64,000 bases of DNA from an uncultured Oscillospiraceae bacterium (GCA_964607155.1 CAZSIF010000002.1:33124-97123); one strand, 5' to 3'. Positions 48,097-58,190 are shown, counted from the stretch's first letter. The notes: generated from the letters alone by a model not told the origin. A program made the numbers and translations.

Positions 48097-49770
48097 ATGA
48101 AAATTAGCGAAATCAAGTACGTTAGACCGAATAAGGATGAAGTGCTTGCAAGGCTTGCCGATTTTAAGGCTGGCTTTGAGGGTGCGGCATCGGTAGAAGA
48201 GTTTTATGAAGTGCACGAGCAATACAAAGAGTATTGTGAGGATTTATCCACTAATATGCGTATTGCGTTTATCCGTTTTACGCAGGATACTCGTGATGAG
48301 TTTTATTCCGCCGAGCAGGATTATTTGGACGAGGTTGGTCCGCAGCTTTCCGTTGCCATGGCGGAAATTTCAAAATGTTATCTGTCGACACCTTTCCGTA
48401 AGCAGCTTGAGGAACGTTTTCCCAAAATAATGTTTGTTAACCTTCAAATGGAGGTGGACGCGTCCGACCCGCGTATTGTGGAAGAGCGTGTTGAACAAAA
48501 TAAAATTACCACCGCGTACACAAAGTTGATGAGCAGCATAACTATTGATTTTCGCGGTGAAAAGCTCACAATGGCAGGTATAGGCAAATATTTTACCGAT
48601 GCGGATAGGGAGTTGCGGAAACAAGCCGTATATGCTTGGGGGCAAGCATTGGAGGACAACAAGCAACAACTTGACGAAATCTACGATAAGCTTGTAAAAA
48701 TTCGCACAAAAATGGGACGTAAGCTCGGCCACGAAGGCTTTTCCCCTCTTGGATATCTGCAAATGCAACGTAACTGCTATACCAAGGACGATATAGCAAA
48801 ATTTCGCCAGAATGTACTCAAATATCTTGTGCCGCTTGCAACTAAAATCAGGGCAAAGGTTGGCAAGGACTTGGGTATTGAAAAGCAGTATTATTATGAT
48901 AACAGCGTGTTTACAAAGGATGAGCCAAAGCCCATTGGCACGTCGGAGCAGTTGTTTGATGCTGCATCTAAAATGTATAACGAAATGTCTGCCGAAACGG
49001 GCGACCTTTTTGATACCATGCGCAAAAGTGAATGTTTTGATGTTGAGTCGCGTGAGGGTAAATGGGGCGGTGGCTACTGCGACGGTTTGCCCAAGTACAG
49101 GCTTCCGTTCATTTTGGCGAACTGGAACGGTTCCGCGGGGGACGTGGATGTTCTTACTCACGAATTTGGACACGCATTGGAATACTACAAATCCTTTGAT
49201 ATCGAAAGCGACTTTTTGAGCAGCATCTCGATGGAAACGGCAGAGGTGCACAGCATGTCGATGGAGTTTTTGGCATACCCGTGGTTAGAGCTGTTTTTTG
49301 GCGATAAAACGGAGGAATACAAGTTCTATCATATCGGCGGTGCGGTGACCTTTATTCCGTACGGAACGATAGTGGATTGCTTCCAGCAGACCTGCTACGA
49401 TAATCCGGATATGACGCCGACGGAACGCAATCAGCTGTTCAACAAGTTGGAAAAGGAATTTTTGCCTCATATGACGACGGAAGGCATTCCTGCATTGCAG
49501 GACGGCAGACGTTGGCAACGGCAGGCGCACATTTTTGAAAGTCCCTTCTATTATATAGATTATTGTTTTGCTCAATTCACGGCACTGCAGTTTTTGGCAT
49601 TGTCGCAACAGGACTATGACTCGGCATTCAAAAAGTATATCAAATTCCTTGAGCTTGGCGGAACAAAGCCATTCACAGAGCTGTTGGATGAATGCGGTTT
49701 GCTTTCACCTTTTGAGGAGGAAAGCTTTAAGCTTGTTGTCGCCTCGTGCGAAAAGCTTTTGGATTTATAA
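48097..49770 (+). CDS. M3B oligoendopeptidase (PepF-like)
   Basis: Zinc motif HEFGH and 557 aa. AAGGAG RBS present. Confidence 0.88.
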   Translation: MKISEIKYVRPNKDEVLARLADFKAGFEGAASVEEFYEVHEQYKEYCEDLSTNMRIAFIRFTQDTRDEFYSAEQDYLDEVGPQLSVAMAEISKCYLSTPFRKQLEERFPKIMFVNLQMEVDASDPRIVEERVEQNKITTAYTKLMSSITIDFRGEKLTMAGIGKYFTDADRELRKQAVYAWGQALEDNKQQLDEIYDKLVKIRTKMGRKLGHEGFSPLGYLQMQRNCYTKDDIAKFRQNVLKYLVPLATKIRAKVGKDLGIEKQYYYDNSVFTKDEPKPIGTSEQLFDAASKMYNEMSAETGDLFDTMRKSECFDVESREGKWGGGYCDGLPKYRLPFILANWNGSAGDVDVLTHEFGHALEYYKSFDIESDFLSSISMETAEVHSMSMEFLAYPWLELFFGDKTEEYKFYHIGGAVTFIPYGTIVDCFQQTCYDNPDMTPTERNQLFNKLEKEFLPHMTTEGIPALQDGRRWQRQAHIFESPFYYIDYCFAQFTALQFLALSQQDYDSAFKKYIKFLELGGTKPFTELLDECGLLSPFEEESFKLVVASCEKLLDL

Positions 49771-49971
49771 TGTGTTAGAATAAATAATGTCGCAAAAAGC
49801 GGAGTTTAACGGCACTACATGTGTGCTTTAAGCTCGCTTGTTGCGACATTTTTTTGTTTTGTGTAAATTGTGGCTTGCTGTGAATGGATTATCAAACGGG
49901 GCATAAGCCTTTTTTTGTGTGTATATGCAGCCATTTGTGTGAGCGAGTAGTGTCTACTAAATGTAGGCTTG

Positions 49972-50391
49972 CTATTCGCCAAGCATGTCAGCTATTGGGG
50001 GATGAGGTTCGCGACGCTTGAGTTCGTCATCGAGCAGGCGTTGTATCATTTCTTGCTTTTTGTCGTCGTCCAGCTCGGATAGCCTGTCGATGGCGCGCAT
50101 GACGCGCGGGTTGCGAGTGATAAGCACGTTGTCAACCTCGTATTTTTCTGTTACGGTGTTTTTTAGCTGTTCAGCGTATTGCAGATATTCTTCTCGTGAA
50201 GTAAACTTTTTTGTTTGCAACGCCACAAGACAGCAGCGATTGTGCACAACGCAGCTTGCTTTTACGACTTTGTTGTGCTGTGCGGCAAGGGCGGATATCT
50301 CGTCCTCCGCTTGAGATGCTTGGGCTAAGGGCAAGGTTAGCAGCAACGAGGCTAACGTTATTAGCAGCAGGGCATAAATAATCTTTTTCAT
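49972..50391 (-). CDS. Secreted YhcN/YlaJ-like (sporulation lipoprotein family-like) protein
   Basis: Signal peptide ending AQA-S, with no lipobox Cys. Core V.KA.CVV....CLVAL......S.EEY....E.LK..V.....V..V.I fits the YhcN/YlaJ pattern. The assignment is tentative. Confidence 0.5.
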   Translation of the reverse strand: MKKIIYALLLITLASLLLTLPLAQASQAEDEISALAAQHNKVVKASCVVHNRCCLVALQTKKFTSREEYLQYAEQLKNTVTEKYEVDNVLITRNPRVMRAIDRLSELDDDKKQEMIQRLLDDELKRREPHPPIADMLGE

Positions 50392-50790
50392 AATTGCCTC
50401 CTTTTGCCATAGTATGTACCGTTTTGATAAAATTATTAACTTAAATGATTTACTGAAAGATAAGTGACCGTACGCAAATGTTTACACATTGGTGTGTGGG
50501 CGCTATTGTGCTCGGAGTGACAGCTAAAATAATGCAGATTTTGGTGCAAAAGGACTTCTTTTTATAAAAAACGCGCACCTTGAATACGGGGCGCGCAAAT
50601 GCATACGGATTATGCTCAAAGAAAAATGTCAAAAACGGTTTGTGTTTTTTGCGTCAGGTAAAATGGTTTTATTTGCTTTGCAAGATGAGATTATACTCTA
50701 ACGCTATTTTTAGATATTTATTTGATTTTTTGACCAAATCTTTTAGTTCGCTTAAAAAGTTGTAAATAAAAATTATAGTACGCTTTTTTG

Positions 50791-51360
50791 TTAGGCGGTT
50801 CGCAGCGCAATAAAATTTGCTACCCAAAATTTTGTGTAGGCATACAAGTCGTCTAAGGTTTTTGTCGAATAGCCTCTGCAACATTTCATATATTCGCAAA
50901 ACAATCCTTCAACAAATATTTCAATTTCAATTTCTATATGCTCGTCGTTTTTGATGCGACCGTCATTTTTGCACAGTTCTATCAGTGTTTTGGACGCTAT
51001 CGCAGTTAACTTTTTTGCCGCAAAAATGCTTTCGTTCGACTTGCAAAGCAAGCGGTAGTTCTCGTTGTTTTGTCTGATATATTCAAAAGTCGAATCGATA
51101 AACTGCATAATGCTTTGCGATGTAACAAGGCGAGCCTTATCAAAAAATGCGTCGAGTAGTTCGTTTTCGTATTCCTCGGCAACGCCGTAAATATCGTCGT
51201 AGTGCGAATAAAAAGCTCCGCGGCTTAACTCTGCGCGCTTACAAAGCTCGCTGACGGAAATGTCGGATAGATTTTGCTTTTCGGAAAGCATTTCCGCAAA
51301 TACCTTTTTTATTATACGCTTCGTTTTTTTAGATGAATTATTCAAATTTTTTGCCTTCAT
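50791..51360 (-). CDS. TetR/AcrR-family transcriptional regulator
   Basis: N-terminal HTH ISVSELCKRAELSRGAFYSHYDDIY. Divergent from the ABC operon. Start set at the ATG preceded by GGAG. Confidence 0.85.
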   Translation of the reverse strand: MKAKNLNNSSKKTKRIIKKVFAEMLSEKQNLSDISVSELCKRAELSRGAFYSHYDDIYGVAEEYENELLDAFFDKARLVTSQSIMQFIDSTFEYIRQNNENYRLLCKSNESIFAAKKLTAIASKTLIELCKNDGRIKNDEHIEIEIEIFVEGLFCEYMKCCRGYSTKTLDDLYAYTKFWVANFIALRTA

Positions 51361-51427
51361 TTTTTCTCCAAGAATAAACAAAAACGACGCTTTTGTCTAT
51401 ATGTTTTCATTGATAATATTTTTGTGC

Positions 51428-51475
51428 TTGCTTTTTCGCGCGGAAACATTATACTATGACAAAGTTCAAATGTCA
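51428..51475 (+). promoter_or_regulatory. Promoter TTGCTT-16 nt-TATACT followed by an inverted repeat TGACA-N9-TGTCA (candidate TetR operator)
   Basis: Hexamers at 51428-51433 and 51450-51455. The inverted repeat at 51457-51475 overlaps the expected transcription start. Confidence 0.45.
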
Positions 51476-51501
51476 ACACTGTTTATTGGAGGTGAATATA
51501 T

Positions 51502-52461
51502 TTGGAAAAAGCAATTTCACAAGCGACTAAATACATAATAGAAACGACGCATTTGACCAAGGATTACGGCTTTGGACGAGGAATTTTTGACGTAAATATT
51601 CATGTGAACAAGGGCGAGGTGTTTGGTTTTTTGGGGCCGAACGGTGCGGGAAAATCGACGACTATCAGGCACCTGATGGGGTTTTCGCGACCGGATTACG
51701 GAAGCGCAAAAATCCTTGGAACGGAAGCCTTTGATGGTTATGCTAAATTTTTGAGTCACGTTGGATATATCCCGGGCGAAATTGCATTGCCGTCAGGCTT
51801 GACCGGTTGGGAGTTTATTCGCATGCGGCAGGATATGCAGGGTATTCGTAACGAGGCGTATTTGAGCGAAATGCTCAAGCTGTTTGAGTTGCGTGATAAC
51901 GTACTGATTGGCGAAACTAAACGAATGAGCTTGGGCGTCAAACGTAAGCTTGCGGTTGTTGCGGCGTTTATGTCTGATCCGGACGTTTTGATTTTGGACG
52001 AGCCAACAAGCGGACTTGATCCTGTTATGCAAGAGGTATTTATTCAACTGATACATAGAGAAAAGGAGCGTGGCAAAACCATTTTGCTATCCAGTCATAT
52101 TTTTTCCGAAATAGATTCTACTTGCGACCGTATAGCTATTATCAAGGATGGCAGAATTGTTTCGGAGTTTATAGCAAACGACTTGAAGCACGCTTCTAAA
52201 AAATACTACACTATTGGTTTTGGCGAGGTAAGTGCTCAAAAAGAGTTTTTAGAAAAAGCAAGGCGGCTCGATTCGTTTGTCATTATTGCCGAGGACAAAA
52301 ACGAGCTTTATATTTCCGTGGACGACAAGGACCTTAACGGGCTTATTGCACTTTTATCTGCGTTGCCGATTGTGTGTTTTAGTAACAGAAGGGAAACCTT
52401 GGAGGATTACTTTATGAAATTCTACAAGGAAGATAAGGATTTTGGGGGTGCGCTATCGTGA
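51502..52461 (+). CDS. ABC transporter ATP-binding protein (first of two)
   Basis: GPNGAGKST and LILDEPTSGLDP. TTG start 9 nt after GGAGG. Confidence 0.85.
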   Translation: MEKAISQATKYIIETTHLTKDYGFGRGIFDVNIHVNKGEVFGFLGPNGAGKSTTIRHLMGFSRPDYGSAKILGTEAFDGYAKFLSHVGYIPGEIALPSGLTGWEFIRMRQDMQGIRNEAYLSEMLKLFELRDNVLIGETKRMSLGVKRKLAVVAAFMSDPDVLILDEPTSGLDPVMQEVFIQLIHREKERGKTILLSSHIFSEIDSTCDRIAIIKDGRIVSEFIANDLKHASKKYYTIGFGEVSAQKEFLEKARRLDSFVIIAEDKNELYISVDDKDLNGLIALLSALPIVCFSNRRETLEDYFMKFYKEDKDFGGALS

Positions 52462-53366
52462 AGGTTATCGAAACAAAAAAGCTAACGAAGGATTACGGGA
52501 ACGGTCGCGGAATTTTCGACCTTGATTTATCCGTTTGTGAGGGGGAAATGGTCGGGTACGTCGGCACGAACGGAAGCGGCAAAACCACAACGATACGGCA
52601 CATCATGGGCTTTTTGAAGCCTACTTCCGGCGAGGTTTTTGTTACGGGCTTGTCATCGTGGGAGCATTCGAGTGAGATTGTGAAAAAAATAGGATACGTC
52701 CCCGGGGAAATAGCCTTTCCGGATTTGAAAACGGGCATCGAGTTCTTGCAATGCCAAGCGGATTTTTGGGGATTGAGCGATATGTCGTATGCAAACGAGC
52801 TTATCGAGCGTTTGCAACTCGATCCGCGTGCAAACTTAAAAAGAATGAGCAAGGGCATGAAACAAAAAACCGCATTGGTTGCCGCGCTTATGAACAATGC
52901 GCCTATTATAATTCTTGACGAGCCCACAACGGGTTTGGATCCGCTTATGAGAGCTACTTTTTTGGATATTATCCGAGAGGAGCACAAAAAGGGCAAAACA
53001 ATTTTTATGAGTAGCCACAGCTTTGACGAGTTGGAAAAAACTTGCGATAAGGTTGCGCTTATCAACGACGGAAAAATCGTTGACGTGTGCGATATGTACG
53101 AAATTCGTAATCGTCCGATCAAGGATTTTAAGATAGAATTTCATACGGCAGAGGATTATAAACGGTTTTTGGGTGAGGGGTACCAAATAATACGTCTGCA
53201 GGAGCAGTATCAGCAGGTTACCATTCGCATTCAAGCGCAGGCAACGGCGGGACTTCTTGGCGTGCTGCACAATTATGACGTTAGGTTTATTTCCGAATTG
53301 CCGTATACGCTGGAAATGCACTTCAAAGACATACTATTTTCAAAATCAAAATTAAAGGAGCAATAA
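52458..53366 (+). CDS. ABC transporter ATP-binding protein (second of two)
   Basis: GTNGSGKTT and IILDEPTTGLDP. The GTGA start/stop overlaps the first ATPase gene. Confidence 0.85.
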   Translation: MKVIETKKLTKDYGNGRGIFDLDLSVCEGEMVGYVGTNGSGKTTTIRHIMGFLKPTSGEVFVTGLSSWEHSSEIVKKIGYVPGEIAFPDLKTGIEFLQCQADFWGLSDMSYANELIERLQLDPRANLKRMSKGMKQKTALVAALMNNAPIIILDEPTTGLDPLMRATFLDIIREEHKKGKTIFMSSHSFDELEKTCDKVALINDGKIVDVCDMYEIRNRPIKDFKIEFHTAEDYKRFLGEGYQIIRLQEQYQQVTIRIQAQATAGLLGVLHNYDVRFISELPYTLEMHFKDILFSKSKLKEQ

Positions 53367-53370
53367 GAAT

Positions 53371-55179
53371 ATGTTCAGTAAAGCTTTATTCAAGCAATCA
53401 TGCAAGGCAAACGGAACGATGTGGATCATTATAACTTTTGCCACCTGCTTTATGCTTGCTTGTGTTATGTTGATTTCCGGCAACGGCAATATAGGCACGG
53501 TTAAAAATTCTATTCAGGATACCATTATCACAAAAGAAGTGGACGCGCAAATGCAAAATCGCGCACTTTCGTATTACGAAAACGCAAACGACGGGTTGGC
53601 ACAATTTGACGTGCTGTTTTCTGCAAACGCAACAGATACGCTTTCGTATCTCGCTTGGCTTGGCAAGATGCCGCAGCAAAAGGACTTTACCGATATGACC
53701 GCATATGCCGCTGATATGAGTGCTTGGCAATCGGAAATGCCCAAAATGGTAACGTCGGCAGGTGAGGCATACGCTTTACTGGTCACAGAGTGGCAAGCCG
53801 CAATGCCAAAGGAAGATAATTTTGATAATAACACGGCGTATCTTGCCGCAATGCAGACTTGGCAAAAGCAATCGCCGGCATCTCAGGATGTCGCGATAAC
53901 AACCGCGTATACGCTTGCGTGCGAGGAGCTGCAAACATATATAAGCGATAAGGCTATTAAATTGGGGTATGCGGAAAACTCTGCCGAGGCGCAAGAAATG
54001 CTTGGTAGCGTGATGTATGCCTTAAATCCCAATGGTATGTTTGACGAGTTTTATGACCAAAACGGTGAGGACGCACCTGCCGACTATGATATTACGTCGC
54101 TAATTTTGAATATTGCCTCGGGCGATATTGCAACGTATCTTGATTCCTTGGAGCGTATCAACTATCGGGCAAGTAGGTCGGCGGATTGTTCTGCAATTTT
54201 TATTGCAGGCAATATGGTGAAAACGGAAAACGTTGAAGCTCTTCTTAGTGCGCTTGCATCCTATGGCGTTAGCAAGGAAAAATACAATTCGTTTGGATAT
54301 ACTTATGATTCGATAAAGCATCTATCTAAAACGGCAATAGTTACCTATCAGGGAAGGCTTGAGTACGAGTTGACGCTCTTGGCGGAACAATTTACCGACG
54401 GAGTTTTTTCAAGCGAGGAGGAGTATCAAAAAGCCGTTGCCGAAAAGCGGCAGGAAATTCAATCAAGTGTTTCATCAAGTTTTTTGTCCACCTTGCCGAA
54501 CGAGGTTTCGGACGCATTGGAAGAAATAGGGCAAATGGATTTGTATACACTGGTGGTTGGCTCGATTTTCTATAAGCTGGCAGGCTTGTTGTTGCCGATT
54601 ATTTATATGATTATGGCATCCAACAGCTTGATAGCGGGGCAGGTGGATAGCGGCTCGATGGCATATGTTTTGTCCACTTCAACAAAAAGAATAGCCGTTG
54701 CGTTTACGCAGGCTGTTTATTTAATCGGCTCGTTGTTTTGTATGTTCTGCTGTACAACTATAACGGGATGCGTATGCTTGACGTTGATTTCCGAAGAAGT
54801 TGCTTTGACGTATGGAAAATTAATTTTGCTTAATGTCGGCGCATTTCTCGTGCTGTTTGCTCTTTCCGGACTTTGCTTTTTTACTTCTTGCGTGTTCGAT
54901 AGGAGCAAACACTCTATGGCAATAGGCGGCGGACTTAGCATATTTGCGCTTGTTGCCGCAATGTTGGGACTGTTCGGAAGTCCGGTAATTCCTTCTGTGG
55001 TTAGACTTAGCGCGTTGAATTACTTTAACTATACAACTATTATTTCTTTGTTCGATGTTATTTCGATTATGGACGGAACGGGAACATTTGCTTGGAAGCT
55101 TGCAATCCTTGCTGTCGCAGGTACGGTCGGTTATGTTGTCGGCGCATTGAGCTTTACCAAAAAGGATTTGCCTTTGTAA
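53371..55179 (+). CDS. ABC-2-type permease with a large extracytoplasmic domain
   Basis: One N-terminal TM helix, a soluble region of about 350 aa, then about five C-terminal TM helices. Starts 4 nt after the second ATPase gene. Confidence 0.75.
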   Translation: MFSKALFKQSCKANGTMWIIITFATCFMLACVMLISGNGNIGTVKNSIQDTIITKEVDAQMQNRALSYYENANDGLAQFDVLFSANATDTLSYLAWLGKMPQQKDFTDMTAYAADMSAWQSEMPKMVTSAGEAYALLVTEWQAAMPKEDNFDNNTAYLAAMQTWQKQSPASQDVAITTAYTLACEELQTYISDKAIKLGYAENSAEAQEMLGSVMYALNPNGMFDEFYDQNGEDAPADYDITSLILNIASGDIATYLDSLERINYRASRSADCSAIFIAGNMVKTENVEALLSALASYGVSKEKYNSFGYTYDSIKHLSKTAIVTYQGRLEYELTLLAEQFTDGVFSSEEEYQKAVAEKRQEIQSSVSSSFLSTLPNEVSDALEEIGQMDLYTLVVGSIFYKLAGLLLPIIYMIMASNSLIAGQVDSGSMAYVLSTSTKRIAVAFTQAVYLIGSLFCMFCCTTITGCVCLTLISEEVALTYGKLILLNVGAFLVLFALSGLCFFTSCVFDRSKHSMAIGGGLSIFALVAAMLGLFGSPVIPSVVRLSALNYFNYTTIISLFDVISIMDGTGTFAWKLAILAVAGTVGYVVGALSFTKKDLPL

Positions 55180-55286
55180 GTGGCAAAGTACCTCGTACGT
55201 CATCCTCAAAATGCAGAGGATTTTGTATATTCGCGTTATTATGGGTAATTTCAAGCAATTTTTAATACCGATGTTGTGATAAAAAA

Positions 55287-55330
55287 CTTCGATAGATTGG
55301 GCGTAAACCTATCTGTCGGAGTTTTTTTTT
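55287..55330 (+). terminator. Intrinsic terminator of the ABC operon
   Basis: 11-bp stem (two G-U pairs) followed by a T9 run. Confidence 0.75.
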
Positions 55331-55607
55331 GTAATAATGCAAAGAATTTTTTGAGTTATGGAACGGATGTCGATTATTGTTCGTGGCAGGGGCTAAGTAG
55401 GCGTATGTTACGGGGCTGCTGCGATATATCTTGATGACGGCGTTTGGTAAAAAGTGCGGCAAGGATTTTGTGCATAGTCGGGTTCGTGTGCGATTGATTG
55501 TTCGCACTAATTTTACTTTTTGATGCAAAAGTCCGCATTTATCGACGACGAAAACAAGCTATAGTTATGTGGCGTTAAAGGACTTGCCAAACGTGGCGGA
55601 GGCGTGT

Positions 55608-55784
55608 ATGGACGAAATTTTGCCATTAATAATTGTGTGTGGCGTGGGCGCGTGCGGGTGCATCGTTTACGTTTTGGCACTATTTGTCGTTGCAGTTTAC
55701 CGACGTTTTGGCGGCATCAAGGAGGAGTTCGAGCTCGACGAGGACGTGCTCGTGGTAGATATACGAAGGACAAAAAAGAAATAA
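55608..55784 (+). CDS. Possible 58-aa single-pass membrane peptide
   Basis: GGAGG lies 5 nt before the ATG. One hydrophobic helix (ILPLIIVCGVGACGCIVYVLALFVVAV) then an acidic/basic tail. No homology recognised. Confidence 0.35.
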   Translation: MDEILPLIIVCGVGACGCIVYVLALFVVAVYRRFGGIKEEFELDEDVLVVDIRRTKKK

Positions 55785-56184
55785 ATAAACCTTATTCTTT
55801 GCGCTCGCTTGGATAAAAGCGTACCATAAACGATATTAAATATATGGTATTGCGGTGTTAAACTGCCGTAATTGGCACACAATGTCGTACTTGGCTTACA
55901 AAAGCGCACTTTATTTATTGTTGCGGTTTACTTGCGTGAGATTGCCTGTTGGGTGCAAAAATCAAAAGACGTGTTTTGTGCCGAACGGCGTAATTGCATG
56001 GAGAATCGTTTGGGAAAATCGCCCTGTCGTTAAAGCTCGGCAACATTTGCGCTTATTTATCGGAGCAGTATTTATTGCGAACCATTTCGCAGCTAAAACC
56101 CGTATTTTTATGCACGGAAGCGCTTGGTAAAATTTTATTTTGGCTAACCAATGGCTAAATATTTGCTAAAATTGCTTTTCGTCC

Positions 56185-56213
56185 TTGAATTTTTTTATTT
56201 TTTGTGGTATAAT
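56185..56213 (+). promoter_or_regulatory. Sigma-A-like promoter TTGAAT-17 nt-TATAAT with extended -10 (TGg)
   Basis: Read directly, about 75 nt upstream of deoC. Confidence 0.55.
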
Positions 56214-56290
56214 AAATGCACAATGGAACGGGCAAGCGCGTTGTGCGGCTTTTTGCGCGAGCGTGTTGACACGTCAAATCGGAGGATATC

Positions 56291-56941
56291 ATGAACAAAC
56301 AGGAAATTGCAAAAATAATAGATCATACGCTGCTTAAGCCTGCAAAAAAAAGTCAGCTCGACCAGCTTTGCAAGGAAGCGGTCGATTACGGCTTTGCATC
56401 TGTGTGCGTTAATCCTAACCACGTTAAGTATGCTGCCAAGCTTTTGTACGGAACATCCGTCAAAGTTTGCACTGTAATAGGCTTTCCTCTTGGCGAAAAT
56501 ACCGTTAACACCAAGGTTTTTGAAACAAAAAACGCCATCAAAAACGGTGCAACGGAAATTGATATGGTAATCAACCAATCTTATGCAAAATCCAATGCAT
56601 GGAACAAGGTTGAGCACGAAGTCGCGCTTGTAAAAAAGGCGTGCGGCGACGTGTTGCTCAAAGTGATTTTGGAAACTTGCAACTTATCGGATAAGCAAAT
56701 CGTTGCTGCTTGCAACGCTTGCGTAAATGCAGGCGCGCAATTTGTAAAAACCAGCACGGGTTTTGGCAAGGGTGGCGCAACGGTCGAGGCTGTAAGGCTT
56801 ATGGCGGAAACGGTTCATCCCCACGGTTTAAAAGTAAAGGCAAGCGGCGGAATCCACAATTACCAAGAAGCGTTGGCTATGGTGGAAGCAGGCGCTGATC
56901 GCATCGGCGCAAGCTGCGGTGTGGCTATTTGCACGGAATAA
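56291..56941 (+). CDS. deoC: Deoxyribose-phosphate aldolase
   Basis: IDHTLLKP, the Schiff-base lysine context FVKTSTGFG, and KASGGI. GGAGG RBS present. Confidence 0.92.
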   Translation: MNKQEIAKIIDHTLLKPAKKSQLDQLCKEAVDYGFASVCVNPNHVKYAAKLLYGTSVKVCTVIGFPLGENTVNTKVFETKNAIKNGATEIDMVINQSYAKSNAWNKVEHEVALVKKACGDVLLKVILETCNLSDKQIVAACNACVNAGAQFVKTSTGFGKGGATVEAVRLMAETVHPHGLKVKASGGIHNYQEALAMVEAGADRIGASCGVAICTE

Positions 56942-56971
56942 TAAGTTTTTTGTTAGTAATTGCTCAAGTGA

Positions 56972-57006
56972 GCCGCTGCATGAAATGTGCGGCGGCTTGC
57001 CTTTTT
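56972..57006 (+). terminator. Intrinsic terminator after deoC
   Basis: 9-bp GC-rich stem gccgctgca / tgtgcggcggc region, followed by a T-rich tract. Confidence 0.55.
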
Positions 57007-57155
57007 GCACTAAAAGACTTGCGCTAAGGATTGCAATTGAATTATTTTGCTTTGACCGCGTGCGGTATCCAATGCGGAAGCAATATATTTTAGGTTACAA
57101 AACGATTGCTGTAACGCTTGTCGTGCAACTAAGCAAAAAACTTTGTTGTAAATCG

Positions 57156-57184
57156 TTGACTTTTATTTGCGACTGCTGTATAAT
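57156..57184 (+). promoter_or_regulatory. Sigma-A-like promoter TTGACT-17 nt-TATAAT for tRNA-Arg
   Basis: Read directly. The -10 ends 19 nt before the tRNA 5' end. Confidence 0.6.
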
Positions 57185-57203
57185 GTTTTAGCAAATTGAA
57201 TAT

Positions 57204-57280
57204 GCGCTGTTAGCTCAATTGGATAGAGCGTTGGTCTACGGAACCAAAGGTTAGGGATTCGAGCTCCTTACGGCGCGCCA
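57204..57280 (+). tRNA. tRNA-Arg (anticodon ACG), CCA encoded
   Basis: Manual cloverleaf: acceptor GCGCUGU/ACGGCGC, D-arm GCUC..GAGC, anticodon stem UUGGU/ACCAA with loop CUACGGA, T-loop UUCGAGC, 3' GCCA. Confidence 0.92.
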
Positions 57281-57282
57281 CA

Positions 57283-57316
57283 AGCGGTTCAGGTTTTACT
57301 TGGACTGCTTTTTTAT
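57283..57316 (+). terminator. Intrinsic terminator after tRNA-Arg
   Basis: 9-bp stem (two G-U pairs) followed by a T6 run. Confidence 0.55.
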
Positions 57317-57448
57317 TTTAATTGCGTCGGGTGGGGGTAATGCTTATGTTTTGTGCGGGTAAAAAGGTTGTTGTACTTTGATATGGTTGAAAATTATGGT
57401 TTTTGTTTGAAAAAAATATACCAAATGTTAAAAAACAGATTTTTCCTA

Positions 57449-57477
57449 TTGAATTAGTTGGTTGATTATGGTATACT
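57449..57477 (+). promoter_or_regulatory. Sigma-A-like promoter TTGAAT-17 nt-TATACT with extended -10
   Basis: Read directly, about 30 nt upstream of the MgtC-family gene. Confidence 0.5.
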
Positions 57478-57506
57478 GTAAAAAAGAATAAATAATAGGT
57501 ATAGTT

Positions 57507-58190
57507 ATGTTTCAAGGGTTGTGTCTTTTTGATAATAGCGGAATAACCGACATTTCCGACGAGCTGACGTTTGTTTTTCGTTTGTTGTTAGGTGGCGTGC
57601 TTGGTTTTATTATAGGTATCGAGCGTAGCATGAAGCAGAAAGAAGCCGGAATGGCAACGCATTTTACTGTGGGGCTTGCGGCGTCGCTGTTGACCTGCAT
57701 TTCGGTGTCGTTTGGTGGTTTGGGCGGTGATCCTGCGCGTATTGCGGCGCAAATAGTTTCCGGAATAGGTTTTCTCGGTGCGGGAATGATATTTTTCCGT
57801 CGCGAAAGTTTGCACGGGTTAACAACGGCGGCGGGAGTTTGGGCTACTGCGGCAATCGGTATGGCGGCGGGCGCAGGAATGTACATTGTTGCGTGCGGCG
57901 CAACTGCGATAGAGTTTGTTGTGCAACTCGTTTTGCACACAAAGCGTTTCAGACGACAATACCAGCGTATTCTGTTGGTTAAGTTTTATAACTCAGACGG
58001 AATTAATGCGGAACTCAAAGAGTACTTTGGAGTGGAAAAATTTTCTCGTTTCAAAATGATGCGTCAAAGCGACGGCTTTGTTATCGAGGCTGTTATTCGT
58101 CCGACGCAAAATCAATCGGCAGATAGTATAGCGCGTTTTGTGCAAGAGCACGAAGCAATGATATCCATCGAACGTCTTGAAGATTTGTAA
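57507..58190 (+). CDS. MgtC/SapB-family membrane protein
   Basis: N-terminal membrane domain with LLLGGVLGFIIGIER..K....G..TH and GAGMI motifs, plus a soluble C-terminal domain. Confidence 0.85.
   Translation: MFQGLCLFDNSGITDISDELTFVFRLLLGGVLGFIIGIERSMKQKEAGMATHFTVGLAASLLTCISVSFGGLGGDPARIAAQIVSGIGFLGAGMIFFRRESLHGLTTAAGVWATAAIGMAAGAGMYIVACGATAIEFVVQLVLHTKRFRRQYQRILLVKFYNSDGINAELKEYFGVEKFSRFKMMRQSDGFVIEAVIRPTQNQSADSIARFVQEHEAMISIERLEDL

Noticed and set aside
55855-56130. 91-aa ORF (and similarly 61628-61876 on the minus strand, 82 aa) in otherwise non-coding stretches.
   Set aside because: No RBS, the composition is Cys/Arg/His-rich, and no family resemblance is seen.
57281-57506. Mg2+ (M-box) riboswitch upstream of the MgtC-family gene.
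   Set aside because: The best promoter leaves only about 25-30 nt of leader. The region is AT-rich and unstructured, which is far too short for an M-box.
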